From NCBI GenBank assembly GCA_052327205.1, contig CM126211.1, positions 29,016,001-29,080,000 of the forward strand: a stretch of DNA of 64,000 nucleotides, written 5' to 3'. The stretch is from Somniosus microcephalus. Taxonomy: Eukaryota. Each line of letters begins with the position of its first letter. Positions within the stretch are counted from its first letter, which is position 1. A program made the position numbers and the translations under genes. Below, piece after piece: positions 1 to 12,255 of this stretch. Below the pieces are notes generated by a model. It was not told the DNA's origin and did not search any database. It was given only the letters and a program-made list of their open reading frames with translations.

Positions 1-1323
1 TTTCAAAAAGCTACACTTCTATGGAAAACAAATTGTGAATTTTAAAGTAAGCAGAGAAATTTTAAAAAGCTAGTGCTCAACTCCCCTCCTGGAATGATAC
101 ATCAGAATAAAGTAAACCAATTTTCAAAAGGCAGCATATCAAATTAAGCTAAGCCATAAAATTTAGTGAACACATGAGTACCAACTGAGTTATTTTGGGA
201 GGCAGAGAAAAATATGAAAAAAACTGATGCTTCTCTCCTCCCAAGAGCATATTTTAAAACCAGTCCACGTAACCCAGAAACCATATTGAGAGATCTTTCG
301 CTGCAACTGGAAAAGATGGAGCAGTAAATGAACATTCAAAATTTGCATTTAGGAAATGCACTGAACCAACCAGTGAAAACCAAAACCTTCAATTAAAAGA
401 ACACAAACTAAAACAAATCAGTGTTAACGCATTAGCAGCATACCAGAATAACTAGCAGTCACAAGATTTATCGCACTATTTGGAACTACAGTGTAATGCG
501 AAATGTAGAAACAATTACACCTTCAATGACATTTTTACATGAATGGTACAATATTACAGTCCCTAGGTATAAATTTTGCATTTCCGCATTTAAATTTATA
601 ATAAATTTCACTAGTTCCAGCTGCATTTAAATGCAGCGGTGTATTTCTCAGTGGGCATTCTTAGCAGAATACAACTGAACTAGGTTTGCCCAGAGAATTG
701 CTATTTTTGTATCGAAAAGCAGCCACTTTATACACTAGGTACAATAATCCTACCAGAGTAATACTTATGGCAAAACAAATGGTTGAGGTGCAAGACTAAA
801 GACTCCATCTATATATACTAATTTCTCCTAAAAAAAGTCATCCATCTCTAACCATTCCCCACCCAAAAGGAGCACTCCTATTTTGCTGATGAAACGGTTC
901 ACACATACACAATATATTCACTAGTTTCTGAAGGACCTTAATGAAGATCCATACACTTATAGAAACACACATGTATATAAGAATATCAATATATTTAGCC
1001 TAGACCACCTCAAGTTTACGATTTCCACCAGCTACAGTATTCACAACTGAATAATGATACTGTGGCTAGAAAAGTTCAGCTAGTGCAATGCCAGTAGTGC
1101 AATGGCTATAAACCACAAGACACTTCACTTCAAATGATGAACTATGCAATGGAAAGCCGGTCAAGGATCATTGAAATTGGATTAGCTTCCTAAATTGCCA
1201 TGCCAAGTGCTTTCACTGTCTGGGATCCCATTCATAAAACGAGTGATCCCTTTAAATATGTTGGAGCTCATTTTAGTACTTGAAGTGATCCTAAATTTAC
1301 ATGATAAAAAACGATTTACTTAC

Positions 1324-1410
1324 AGCCTCTGCTTCTGCCCTCGTCTTGTAAGTAATGACTGCGTGACGAGAGCCGGCGTCAATCTGACAATCATCAATTT
1401 CACCAAATTG
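1324..1410 (-). CDS. RBM26: RBM26 exon 20, RRM2 (QFGEIDDCQIDAGSRHAVITYKTRAEAEA)
   Basis: ctttaag|CAA TTT GGT ... GAG GCT|gtaagt; 87 nt. Confidence 0.93.
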
Positions 1411-2789
1411 CTTAAAGAGAGAAATACAGTAAAGTCTTTTAAGCACTACAATTTCAAATACTGTGTTCATAATCAAACTCTCAGCCTTCTGTTTATTGAA
1501 GGCAATTAACTTAAGAAATGCATTCACCGAGAAATAAAAATGCTGCTGGACATAGTCCGAAACAAACCTTGTGCATAGTAAAATGCTATTATAGCAATCC
1601 TAATTTAGCCCAGACTTTGCAATATCAACGCTTTCCAATTTAGACACATCTGTGGCACGTGCATACCCATTTCATGGGCCGCACTGGATTTTGTGACAAG
1701 TCTTGGCTCCTGGGCTATAGGCCTAGAAAAAGCCTGCCAGAGGTTGGCCTGCAGCACATTTGGCTGGGGAATGCAAAATCTAACAGGGAAGCAGCTCGTC
1801 ATAAAACAGTTAAGTTGTGGAGGCGAGAGGGGCTGTGTCAAACTGAGAGGTAGAGCTGGGTGTCATCAGTGTACATGTGGAAACTGACACTGTGTTTTTG
1901 GATGTCGCCGCTGAGGGGCAACATGCATTCGAGAAATAGGAGGGGGCAATGGATAGTTCCTTGGGGGACACCAGAGGTAACGATGCGGGAGCAGGAAGAG
2001 AAGCCACTGCAGATGATTCTGATTAGATAGGTAAGAATGGAACCAGGTGAGTGCAGTCATGATACTTCAGACCACTCTAGATTGACAAAAATCAATCCAT
2101 GAAGGGAAATTATTGGAACTAGCCGAGAAGTGCAATACAGCTCACTCCAAAGAGCGGTTTAGGACTGGATAATGAAGTTGAAGTAATGATGAATGAATAG
2201 TACAAAGAGAAAAATTGCCAGGAATTATTACAAGGCAGTAACTTCAGAGGGATTTAAACAGTATCAAACAGAGCACAATTGGGCCATTTGGGTGAAAAAA
2301 ATATCTGAATCCAGGCAGGAAATCATTTCTATGCATGTGTGTTTTGTTTTAAATACTGCAGCCTTTGAAAGAGTAATTTTAATTTCCTTCCTGGCAGCAG
2401 GTGTCATGGACAATATAAGCACTTTTGCTGCATACATGTCACTAAGTTTATTAGAAGATAATTAATGATTGGTGAAAAATAATATACATCACATTATAAA
2501 CCAACAATTCAGCATCTGTATTGCCGAGAACAGCAATTACAGAACACCTCTGAATAGAAGAGATTTGATCATCAGATTACAGATCCAGCAGCATAGATCA
2601 TACAAGGTACGCTTGATGGGCTCAATGTCCTTTCCCATTTTTCTTATGTATGGATTGTGTAACTATATACACAACCAAAAATGGTAACTATAAAAACATT
2701 AGAAATGAAGATAAACAATGTTTCTCTTTCTTGAAAGCAATTCACCATCCTCATGCCATATGTGAATGGGACAATCCCTTAGGGGACCA

Positions 2790-3415
2790 CAAGGCTTTTG
2801 TTACAAAGGGATTCGAGTACAAGAGTAAAGAAGTCTTACTACAATTATACAGGGCATTGATGAGGCCACACCTGGAGTACTGTGTACAGTTCTGGTCTCC
2901 TTACTGAAGGAAAGACATACTTGCTCAAGAGGGAGTGCAGCGAAGGTTCACTAGACTGGTTCCTGGGATGAGGGGATGGCCCCGAGAAGAGACTGAGTAG
3001 ACTAGGCCTATATTCCTTAGAGTTTAGAAGAATGAGAGGTGATCTAATTGAAACAACTAAAATTCTTCAGGGGCTTGACAGGGTTAATGCTGGGAAAATG
3101 TTTCCCCTGACTGGGGAATCTAGAACACAGGGTCACAGTCATAGAATAAGGGGATGGCCATTTAGGACGGAGATGAGGAGAAATTTCTTCACTCAAAGGG
3201 TTGTGAATCTTTGGAATTCTCTACCCCAGAGAGCTGTGGCGGCTCAGTCTTTGAGTATATTCAAGAAAGAGGTCGATACATTTTTGAGAATGAAGGGAAT
3301 TAAGGGATACGGGGATAGTGCGGGAAGGTGGAATTGAGGTAGATCAGCCATGATCTTGTTGAATGGCAGAGCAGGCTCGAAGGGCCAAATGGCCTACTCC
3401 AGCTATGTTCTTATG
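2790..3415 (+). mobile_element. CR1 LINE 3' fragment
   Basis: [52 protein letters not shown], tail GGCCTACTCC...TATGTTCTTATG. Confidence 0.9.
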
Positions 3416-3861
3416 AATCCCTGTTCTTGCATGAAGTTTTCATTTCCTGTACCTATGTAGCACTTGACATTATCGAATTTTTTTTTTGAACCGGCTAAAA
3501 ACAATTTGAATGCACCCGGAAAATTATTTTTGTTGGAAAAGAAAAATGTGATACTACACAAGTAACACCGTGTAAAATAACACCCAACAGCAGGCTCAAG
3601 CCCAATGCACTACCCACAGTTGGCAGGATGCAGTTTGTGCTTACTATCTTCTGCATGTCAAGTTCCCAATCTCAAGCTGGTTGCTATGGAAAAGGCACCC
3701 TGCATGTCCAATTTCAGAGCAGCATTGGTAAAGGCCACCGAGCAGATTGAGAAAAGGAAAATCCAAGTCGGGAAGAAAACATCTCAAAAATCTAGATTTG
3801 ACCGAAAGATAATTTGCAAATAATCTTGTATACAAGTTGAGAGAAAACCCCCCCAGTACAG

Positions 3862-4100
3862 AGTGGTGTGGTGGGTTAGACAGTGGCCTGTCACCTTCGG
3901 GACATGGGTTCAAATCCAGTCCAGAAAGTTGGGATAAAAGTCTCCACTATCTGCCGGCTCTGTGAAATGAATTTAGGCAGCCTCAATTTCATTCCCATAA
4001 GTTGTCCCGAATGCAGCACTCATTTTGCCAACCTTACTCAAAGATGGCTAGCAAAGGAAAATTGTCTCACTAGTGCAACAGGGGGTGCGCAGTGCATTAG
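3862..4100 (+). mobile_element. tRNA-derived SINE resembling LF-SINE
   Basis: GCCTGTCACCTTCGGGACATGGGTTCAAATCCAGTCCAG...TGTGAAATGAATT resembles the recalled LF-SINE 5' half. Confidence 0.5.
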
Positions 4101-4240
4101 CTGTGCAATTATCAGGACATGGGCACGTTTGAAGCCCGACTGGGTGCTCCTAGTCTCTCCTGAATGCGATCAAATAACTAAAGATTTCCTGTTCTGTCTG
4201 GTTCAGTACAACAACATCCATCATGTTGACTATAACTTAC

Positions 4241-4444
4241 TGCAAAATGCGGCAGGACTTCATCTTGGTCACTTTCTGAAAAACCAGATATATTCAATGA
4301 CTTTGGACGATGGTCTACTACAGAGTGAAAAGGTACACCCCGGCCTCGTCCTCGATGTCCTCTACCTCGACCTCGGTGTCCACCTCGCCCTCTGGAGTGG
4401 TGCCCCCTTCCACGAACAGAAGAAAGGATCCCCCGTTTGGCAGC
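4241..4444 (-). CDS. RBM26: RBM26 exon 19, RG-rich region and start of RRM2
   Basis: ttgcag|GCT GCC AAA CGG ... TTT GCA|gtaagt; 204 nt; AAKRGILSS...VVDHRPKSLNISGF. Confidence 0.94.
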
Positions 4445-5006
4445 CTGCAACACAAGTATGAACACATAACATGCTCAGACACATTTAGCACGTTTAATGT
4501 TGATTATTAAAAGGGACATCAGGAAAAGCTCAATCCAGTTTTTTTTTATATAAAAAGTGAAATCTCCAAAGCTGCCAAAACTGTTGGGAGTTTAGCAAGA
4601 ACTCCAAGGGGAAGTACTCAGCATAACAAAAACTTCATCTAGCTGCAAAATGTCAAGAGTCACAAAAAATCTACTTGCTAGTTTACTTTATTTATCTTTC
4701 ATATTTAAGTTTTAAAAATGCAACATGACTGGAATGTTGCACTTACCACATCAATTCCCCTCACTTGGATGCACACAAACTTAAACTTGCTAACACTTTT
4801 TTACAATTTAATCCACATTTTTGCCTCAATTTATGCACAAAGTATATAATTAAGGAACATCACATGCTAGCCACCTTGTGGGCGGAAATCACGTTCTTGA
4901 AACTTCGATGAAAAGGTTATCAATAGTCTTGCACAAATAGGTAGATTAGCAAATAACACATTTAGATGACTAGTGTCACAAAATTATTAAAAGCTGTGTT
5001 ACCGTC

Positions 5007-5730
5007 TGTTAGATCAAGGTAATTTCAGTGGACCACACTGATTTGAGGTCAACACACTAAAATAAAAGTTTGCGAGTCCGGTGGTAAGTTTTAAATAGTC
5101 GATTTATTGCATCACTTGATTTACACTGTTTGACTTTCTTCCTCTGCCTGACTTGTGAACAAAATGGCAGGTTTTTATTTCAGGTGGAGCCTGCCCTCGC
5201 TTAATAGTCGTAGGTTTATCGAGTGGCGCCATAATATCGATTTATTTACTTGGGGGTCTCAAGTTGTAGGCTTAATTAAATAACACCGCCGAAGTTAGAG
5301 CTCTACAATGGGATCTCGCCGTCTTACCACCCAGAGGGTTCGCTACCCGGGAGGTTTTTATGAATCAGCAGATGTACCCGCCCCCTTTATAACCATTGGC
5401 TCAGCAGCATGCATGCAGAGTCATGGTTGGTTCAACTACATCACACTGATTGGATCTCTGATACATCAATCATTCCTTTGTTCTCTAGTTAAGCAGAATC
5501 ATCACTTTTAGTTTTAAGTTAAGATCAGCATTTTCATAGTTTTAAGCTAATTCAGCATTTCCATTGTTCTCAGTTTTTAAGTCAGCCGAGGTGACGTTAC
5601 CAGCTGTGATTGGATCTCATACATCACACCATCCTTTGGCACGTGGTCAGCTTAAACATAATCAAATTTCTTTACATTATTAGTTTAATCATATTCAAAT
5701 CTGTTTTATTAAAATATATATTCCCTAACA
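5007..5730 (-). mobile_element. 3' LTR of the endogenous retrovirus (724 bp)
   Basis: Minus strand begins TGTTAG right after polypurine tract AAAGAATCAAAGGGGGGAG (5731-5749) and ends CTAACA; repeated CCAAT boxes, TATAAA at 5386-5391, AATAAA hexamers near 5105, 5175 and 5243. Confidence 0.8.
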
Positions 5731-6059
5731 CTCCCCCCTTTGATTCTTTCAAAAAATTGAATCATTAACATAAAGATTAAAAATATAATCAAATCATTGC
5801 TGTGTTTTGCCACTGTCCGGATCAGTGGCACTGCACAAATTGACATCAACCAGGATTTTACGTGGCCACAGTAAAAGCCTGGTTTTAATAAGTTAATTGA
5901 TTTCATGATCTTAAATTAATTAGTGCATCTTAAAAAGTGGGAGGAACTCCCCTCAGCTTATGGCTTTGAAAAATACATTCAGGTAAAAAGGTAGAAAAAT
6001 TAAAAAGTAGAAAAGATACAAAAATTAAAAAGTAGAAAAGATACAAACTGATCTTGCAG

Positions 6060-7070
6060 CTAAATATAAGTTGTCACATCTTGGCTTACCCATGGGGCAG
6101 CAGCTGCCTGGCGGCAGGTACATTTAATCAACAGAAACACACAATACAGAATTACAATGATTACAAAGAACAAAATTAACCCCTGCACCACTGAAGTCCC
6201 CAGCGAGCCTAGCCATCCAGTTGCCCAATTCCATAAAGTGAAGGGCGGGGGTTGTTTAACCTTTTCTACTTCCTTACGGATATGTTTAGCCAAATTAGTA
6301 ATATCTTCGGAGTTGTCCGGGATATATGTGCAACAGTCAGCTCCGATTAGGGCACATGTTCCACCCTTCTCCGCTAGCAGATAATCTAGAGCCATTCTAT
6401 TTTGTAAGGCAACTGTGCGTATTGCCACCATCTCACTGTTCATTTTACCCAGTGACTCAGCCGTATCATCGGCTACTTCCTCAAGAATCGAGGCTACCAG
6501 CCGAATTTCTTTTATTGTCCTGGCTGTTCCATACCCGGGGAATAGGATAGCAAAGAATTGTTCTGTTTTAGTAATAGCTCTTTCGGATCGATAATGATGA
6601 TTCGCTAGAGAGGGCAAATGGTGAATATATGGCAACACATATGCCAGGTAACATGATCCTGTCCAGCCCCGTGGCAACCAGGGGTATGCTTTGTTGCCAC
6701 AAATAAAGTATGTCCCATTGTACGAGGTGGTTTTATCGACATCAAACCCTGCAGATACCAGGGAATAGTTGAAAGTACCTTTTTGGTTGGCGTATGGGAC
6801 TTGCAGTGTACAACCATAATACTGAGGGGATGGATAACAGGGAAACCAGTTAGCAGTACCAGTTACTGTAAAATTATACGTGCACCGACTAGTGCCTACG
6901 AATATCCCCCTCTTCAAATTCCTTACTAAACATATTGTCCCCGGTAGCCTTTCCATACCTGTGGCCTTAGTGAGGGTGAGGAAGGGAGGCTGTTGGGAGT
7001 GGTCGTACTTTGGTTGGTACCACGCTTTGAAGGTATTCATATAATATCCTCCCGCTACCGTCCAATCCAT
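6060..7070 (-). CDS. env: Endogenous retrovirus gamma-type envelope ORF (N-terminally truncated SU plus complete TM), 336 aa
   Basis: SU motif GTYFICGNKAYPWLPRGWTGSCYL; cleavage site RSER (6579-6590); fusion peptide AITKTEQFFAILFPGYG; heptad repeat; ISD LQNRMALDYLLAEKGG (6360-6407); CX6CC CALIGADCC; hydrophobic TM helix; short tail. No signal peptide or CXXC. Confidence 0.93.
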   Translation of the reverse strand: MDWTVAGGYYMNTFKAWYQPKYDHSQQPPFLTLTKATGMERLPGTICLVRNLKRGIFVGTSRCTYNFTVTGTANWFPCYPSPQYYGCTLQVPYANQKGTFNYSLVSAGFDVDKTTSYNGTYFICGNKAYPWLPRGWTGSCYLAYVLPYIHHLPSLANHHYRSERAITKTEQFFAILFPGYGTARTIKEIRLVASILEEVADDTAESLGKMNSEMVAIRTVALQNRMALDYLLAEKGGTCALIGADCCTYIPDNSEDITNLAKHIRKEVEKVKQPPPFTLWNWATGWLGSLGTSVVQGLILFFVIIVILYCVFLLIKCTCRQAAAAPWVSQDVTTYI

Positions 7071-7899
7071 TTCAAGGGCAAATGGTAGGGATTTTAAAAT
7101 GTTCTACTGTTGTGTCTATGCATTACTAATGATGCACAACCATTTCCAAACTGTGTTCTGATGGCAAACTTCACAGCGACATCAGTTTGGCAGATTTACA
7201 CTACACATCTTTAAGTGGTGTAGCAAGACTATCAGAAAATATGCAATAGAAATTACACGCTTTTCTGATCATTACATTCAACTGGCAGACAATGCTGCCA
7301 TCTCCTGTAAACCCCTATTATTGCAGCAAGTTCCTTGGTTTTTATTGTTTTACCAAGTTATGATTTGAGACAGCCTATAAGCTGAAATTGAGATTAACAG
7401 AAATCTAACAAACAGCCTTGTATCCAGTAAATCAAGCAGAGGTTGTGTTGGAAATATTAAGCTACATGTGGTGAAGTCTTGCCTCAGTAGCCTAAACTTA
7501 GCTCCAATCCAGAGGCCAGCAAACTACATATACCCAATTCATACAAAAAAAAGTAAAATATTGGGTGTGTACACAGCTAAATAAATTTGCACAGCATTCC
7601 TTTTATCAGAAATTCTGCCAGATACTCTAGAAACTTTGGCAAAAAGATTTCCAGAATAATTATCAGCATGATGGTCAGCAAATGAGCCACAGCTAGAAAT
7701 ATGTTTGCATTTTTCAAAGAAAACCTCAAGATTATTTTGTAAGAACCTCAAAAATAGATTTAGAAATGCGAACTACAATCTGGAGGGAAGAATGGAAAAC
7801 TTTGTTAACAGTAGGCAGAGAACATACTCGTGCATTAATATGAATATGAAAGCATGCAATTTCTTAATACCTTTGAATTACTATGGTCATTATTCCTAC

Positions 7900-8004
7900 C
7901 TCGAGCTGAAGCTCGTTGTATTTTTTTCTAAGTTCAGTGATATCTTCTCCAGCCTGCACTTTCTTGTACAAATCCAGCTCGGTGTCTAGTAGTTCTCTTT
8001 GCAT
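7900..8004 (-). CDS. RBM26: RBM26 exon 18 (MQRELLDTELDLYKKVQAGEDITELRKKYNELQLE)
   Basis: ttttatag|ATG CAA AGA ... CTC GAG|gtagga; 105 nt. Confidence 0.94.
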
Positions 8005-8843
8005 CTATAAAAAGAAAAATCCAGCATTTGCTTAAATCCAAATAACTATCGAACTGCAAGCCGATAATCTACTTGCGGGGAATCAGGTAATCGCTGCAAA
8101 TCAAAATGAAGCAGCAAGATTACAGGCTGGCAATTCACTCCCTCAGAATATATGTGGTCATTTTTGGTTAATACACTCAGTTTTGTAAGGAACAGAAATG
8201 GGGGACACATTTCAATTTCACATTTTGCAGTCTGTTTAACAAAAAAAGTGATTAACCATTTGCACTGTGATGGATAAAATGATCACTCAGGAGCTTCACT
8301 AATGGCACAGCGGATAAAAGCGGCATCAGTTTAGAACAGACCAGAAAATCCAATTTGAAGCGGAGTTGACTGATCTGAAACAGGATAGCAACTCAAGCAG
8401 TATGGGGAGCAGAAAAATCAAGTCATGACGAATTTGGAAAGGTGCTATAGGATACCCAGCAAGCGGTAGCACCTTCAGTCAAGGAAAGAGGAAAAAATGA
8501 TGGGTTAAAACCATTAGAAACAGTAATAATTTGGGAAGGGGCATGGTCTGAATGGCTATTTTTCATGCTATACTTAGTATTTATTTTTTCTGTTGGCTTA
8601 CTAGTTAAAAAGTGTTGTGCAGGGACAGTCATAAGCAATGGTTTCTGGTTTGCGGAAATGCTCAACGGCTATATATACACTTTAATCTAAATTCTGAACT
8701 TTGTTTTATACGTTTATAAACATTCGGGAAAACAAATAAAAACACAAGATTAAACTTTCCTTGTTCACCACCTTCATTTTTTGAACATGGAAAGTTATTC
8801 TTAAGAAACACAACATCCAAAAAACACCAACAAAATGCAATAC

Positions 8844-9011
8844 CTGAGCTTTGGTTTTCACTGTTTTGGGAAGAGATGAGCCTGTTCCACTTGCTTTCAG
8901 TTCATCCTGTAGTTTGGTTATACTCTTAGTTAAGGCCTGCAGTGTTTTCATTATTTCTGCTTTATCTTCGGATTTCATTTTTTTGTTTTTCTCCAGCTTT
9001 GCTATCAAGAT
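8844..9011 (-). CDS. RBM26: RBM26 exon 17 (ILIAKLEKNKKMKSEDKAEIMKTL...VKTKAQ)
   Basis: atttag|ATC TTG ATA ... GCT CAG|gtattg; 168 nt. Confidence 0.93.
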
Positions 9012-9597
9012 CTAAATATGGATTCAAAAAGTCAAGATGAGACAGACAGAAGTGCCCAGGATATAACTTTCTCAGACAAGATTTTTTAAGCAAAAGCAAA
9101 GCACATTATATTATACTTTGATTGATCAGACTACCCTTGGTTCCCTGATCAAGCATGTGGTTTTGTATATTCACTTCACATTTAATCAAAATTTTGAGAA
9201 GACAGTGCACAATTTTAATTACACAGTACCAATGGGGGAACACACTGGATTGACTGGTACGCTAACATTTGGTGGGCTGCAACAATTTATTATAGTATTG
9301 TTAGACCAGAGCTTTGTGAGTAGATGGGGAGAAAATAAAAGGGTTGGATCAGTATCTTTGGTGCAGCTGTTAATTTGATTCTCCTTCCTGCGTTACTCCT
9401 CAGGTTCGGGGGGGTTTACATCTCAGTCTATAAAGGGGTCTCAGACTGCCCAGTACTTTCAAAGTTCCTTAAGAGCAATCCAGTAATTCAAACCATGTAT
9501 GTTAATTCTGGTTTTCCAACATTAGGCAATTAAGCCAGTATTTACGAGAGGATCAGATGTAAAACATATTTAGGTGATACTTCTCAACAGAAGATAG

Positions 9598-10390
9598 ATT
9601 ACATCGGATATACGGCACAGAAACAGGCCATTCGGCCCAACCAGTCCATGCCGGCATTTACGCTCCACTCGTCCGCCTCCAGTGTTTCCTAATCTAATTC
9701 TGTCAGCATAACCCTCCGTTCCTTTCTCCCTCATATGCTATCAAGCCTCCGCTTAAATGCATCTATACTATTCGCCTCAACCACTCCCTGTGGTAGCGAG
9801 TTCCACATTCTCACCACTCTCTGGGTAAAGAAGTTTCTCCTGAATTCTCCATTGGATTTATTAGTGACGGTCTTATATTGATGGCCTCTAGTTACACTCT
9901 GCCCCACAAGAGGAAACACACCATCTTTTTTTTAAATATTCATTTGTGGGATGTGGGCGTCGCTGGCAAGGCCAGCATTTATTGCCCATCCCTAATTGCC
10001 CTTGAGAAGGTCTATCAAAACCTTTCATAATTTTAAAGACCCCTCAGATCACCCCTCAGCTTTCTTTTTTCAAGCGAAGAGACTCAGCCTGTTCATCCTT
10101 TCCTGATAGTGATTTGTGTATTTGTACTCCGATAGATCCCTTTGCTCCTCCACCCCACCCAGACTCGCACCCTCCAAGTGATAAGTGACCTCCTTATTCG
10201 TCCTACCAAAACATAACACCTCACATTTATTTGTGTTGAACTTCATTTGCCAATTATATGGCCATTCTGCAAGTGTATTAATGTCCTCCTGTAATTTGTT
10301 GCAGTCCTCCTCAGTATTGACTATCCCCCCAATTTGGTGTCATCCACAAATTTAGAAATTGTGTTTTTGATTCCGAAGTCTAAATCGTTA
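9598..10390 (-). mobile_element. CR1 LINE 3' fragment with a nested tail of another non-LTR family (about 9925-10010)
   Basis: RRNFFTQRVVRMWNSLP on minus strand; the nested GCTGGCAAGGCCAGCATTTATTGCCCATCCCTAA recurs near 17735 and, more diverged, near 56250. Confidence 0.85.
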
Positions 10391-10633
10391 ATATAAATTG
10401 CAAACATGTGTGTTAAAAGAACAAAGGGGGGGGGAGAAAGCAGGGAAGGCCCTGCAATTTCCTACAGAAATAGTTTTGACAAAATGGCACTGAACTGGAT
10501 TGAAATGCTAACATGCTTACATTTTATTACTCTAAACAGAGCAGGGGGGCAGGGTAAAAGACTCCCATGAAACAAAAAGCATAACCTCGCTTATGGATTA
10601 CCCTCCCAATCTGATTCATGTGGTAGTACAGAA

Positions 10634-10925
10634 GAACATAAGTAGTAAGAGCAGGAGTAAGCCTGATCATCGACCTCAACTCCACTTTCCCGCCCGATCT
10701 CCATTCCCCTAGAGTCCAGAAATCTATCTATCTCAGCCTTGAATATATTCTCTGACTGAGCATCTCTGGGGCAGAGAATTCCAAAGATTCACAACCCTCC
10801 GAGTGAAGAAATCCCTCCTCATCTCAAGTCTTAAATGGCCTACCCCTTATCCTGAGACTATGCCCCCTAGTTCTAGACACTCCAGCCAGGGGAAAACAAC
10901 CTTTCAGCATCTACCCTGTCAATCC
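10634..10925 (-). mobile_element. CR1 LINE 3' end
   Basis: Reverse complement of CR1 ORF2 end and 3' UTR (GAATTCTCTGCCCCAGAG, TACTCCTGCTC). Confidence 0.8.
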
Positions 10926-11650
10926 TACAAGAGGCTACAGTGACTTAACGCAGGCAAAGCATAGAATAAAGCTTTTGCCCATCACTCTCTTGCTGCCCCG
11001 GATTCTTGGTAGAAGAGGCATTTGAATTCTGCTGGTGCAGCTTAGAATTCACTACAGCTGTTTTCATATTACTTTTGATGTGTGCAGCAGAAACACATGC
11101 AAGCCAAAATTAAGATTATTTTTTAATTTAACACAAGTACAGAAAAAACACTTTTTTCCAGTTGAATCTTCCTGATTACTGCCAGTTTTCCTGAGATTGG
11201 GAAACGCAGTATTCCAGCACTGCAGAATCTCTTTAGCAATGCAATGATGTTGGGTAGCTGCTACAATGGATAAAGAAGTGACTGCGTGCTCATAGGCAGA
11301 AAGTTATCAATGGCTGCGGACCTGCTTAAAAACCAGTTACCAGTGGTGTCCCCCACAGATCGTCATTAGGGCCTCTGCTCTTTCCTATCTATATTAAACG
11401 ACCTAGATGAAGGTTTGCATGTGCATACTGAACTGTCATAACCAGCCTGTACCCGCACAATAGACCAGGATCCACTTTGCAGCCAGTTCACACGGAGACT
11501 GGTTCCACTACTCAAACATAACGGAGAGCAGCATACAGTGCAATTAAAAAAAATATATAAAATGGACTACATGTACATCCCCAAATTACATTCCCCTGTG
11601 AAAATAGAAGATTATCCTGATCAAAGAAAAATAGATGTCAGACTAAATAC

Positions 11651-11725
11651 CTTTTGGGTTTCTATGTGTTTTTCTAAAATCTCTCGTTTCTTTTTTCTCA
11701 CATCTTGCTGAAGTCGAAACGTATC
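11651..11725 (-). CDS. RBM26: RBM26 exon 16 (DTFRLQQDVRKKKREILEKHIETQK), coiled coil
   Basis: tttacag|GAT ACG ... CAA AAG|gtattt; 75 nt. Confidence 0.92.
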
Positions 11726-12255
11726 CTGTAAAATCATCATACACTTAAGAACCATGGCCAACTGGAACATAACCAAAGAGGAAAGCAAAAATCCAAAGGG
11801 AAAAAAAGAATGTAAACCTTTTGGAAAAACACAATGTTTGTAAGCAATACGTAATTTTCATCTGTAGGTTACTGGGGAAAAAATGTAGGCCCTCAGGTTT
11901 TAGGTTAGGCAAAACGACTGGCAACATGAGCTTTTGTTGGCTGTTCTGGTGCCAAGTATTATTGAAAAACTAAGTCAGCTTAAGGGGAAATGCTCAGCTG
12001 TTCAAGCTAGTTGTGCGCCTCCAGGATGCAGGTCTGTATCAGAGTGCGTTGTGTCTCTTTTTTCCTTTCCATGAAAACTTGTTTTTTTTTTTTTTTTTAA
12101 ATATTGAAGCGAACAAAATTATATTTTGATAACATAGCACCTTAGTTTTTTTCTCCAGTAAATCTTGATACATTTAATTCTGAATAGGTGTATGCCAAAG
12201 AAAACCCAACCAAATTAAGTTCCAATTATATTTATAAAAACTACGTAATCTACAT

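Noticed and set aside
1-1323. RBM26 exon 21 or an alternative last exon (ttttccag acceptor near 307; ORF 144-335)
   Set aside because: I found no frame resembling AAVHGARFKGQDLKLAW; the real exon is presumably beyond the window start.
3883-4461. 192-aa plus-strand ORF
   Set aside because: Made of SINE sequence and the antisense of exon 19; no recognisable protein features.
7071-7899. Upstream pol, env signal peptide or 5' LTR, or an RBM26-env fusion acceptor
   Set aside because: AT-rich host-like intron with no integrase motifs or LTR copy; the CAGTAG near 7104 lacks a pyrimidine tract.
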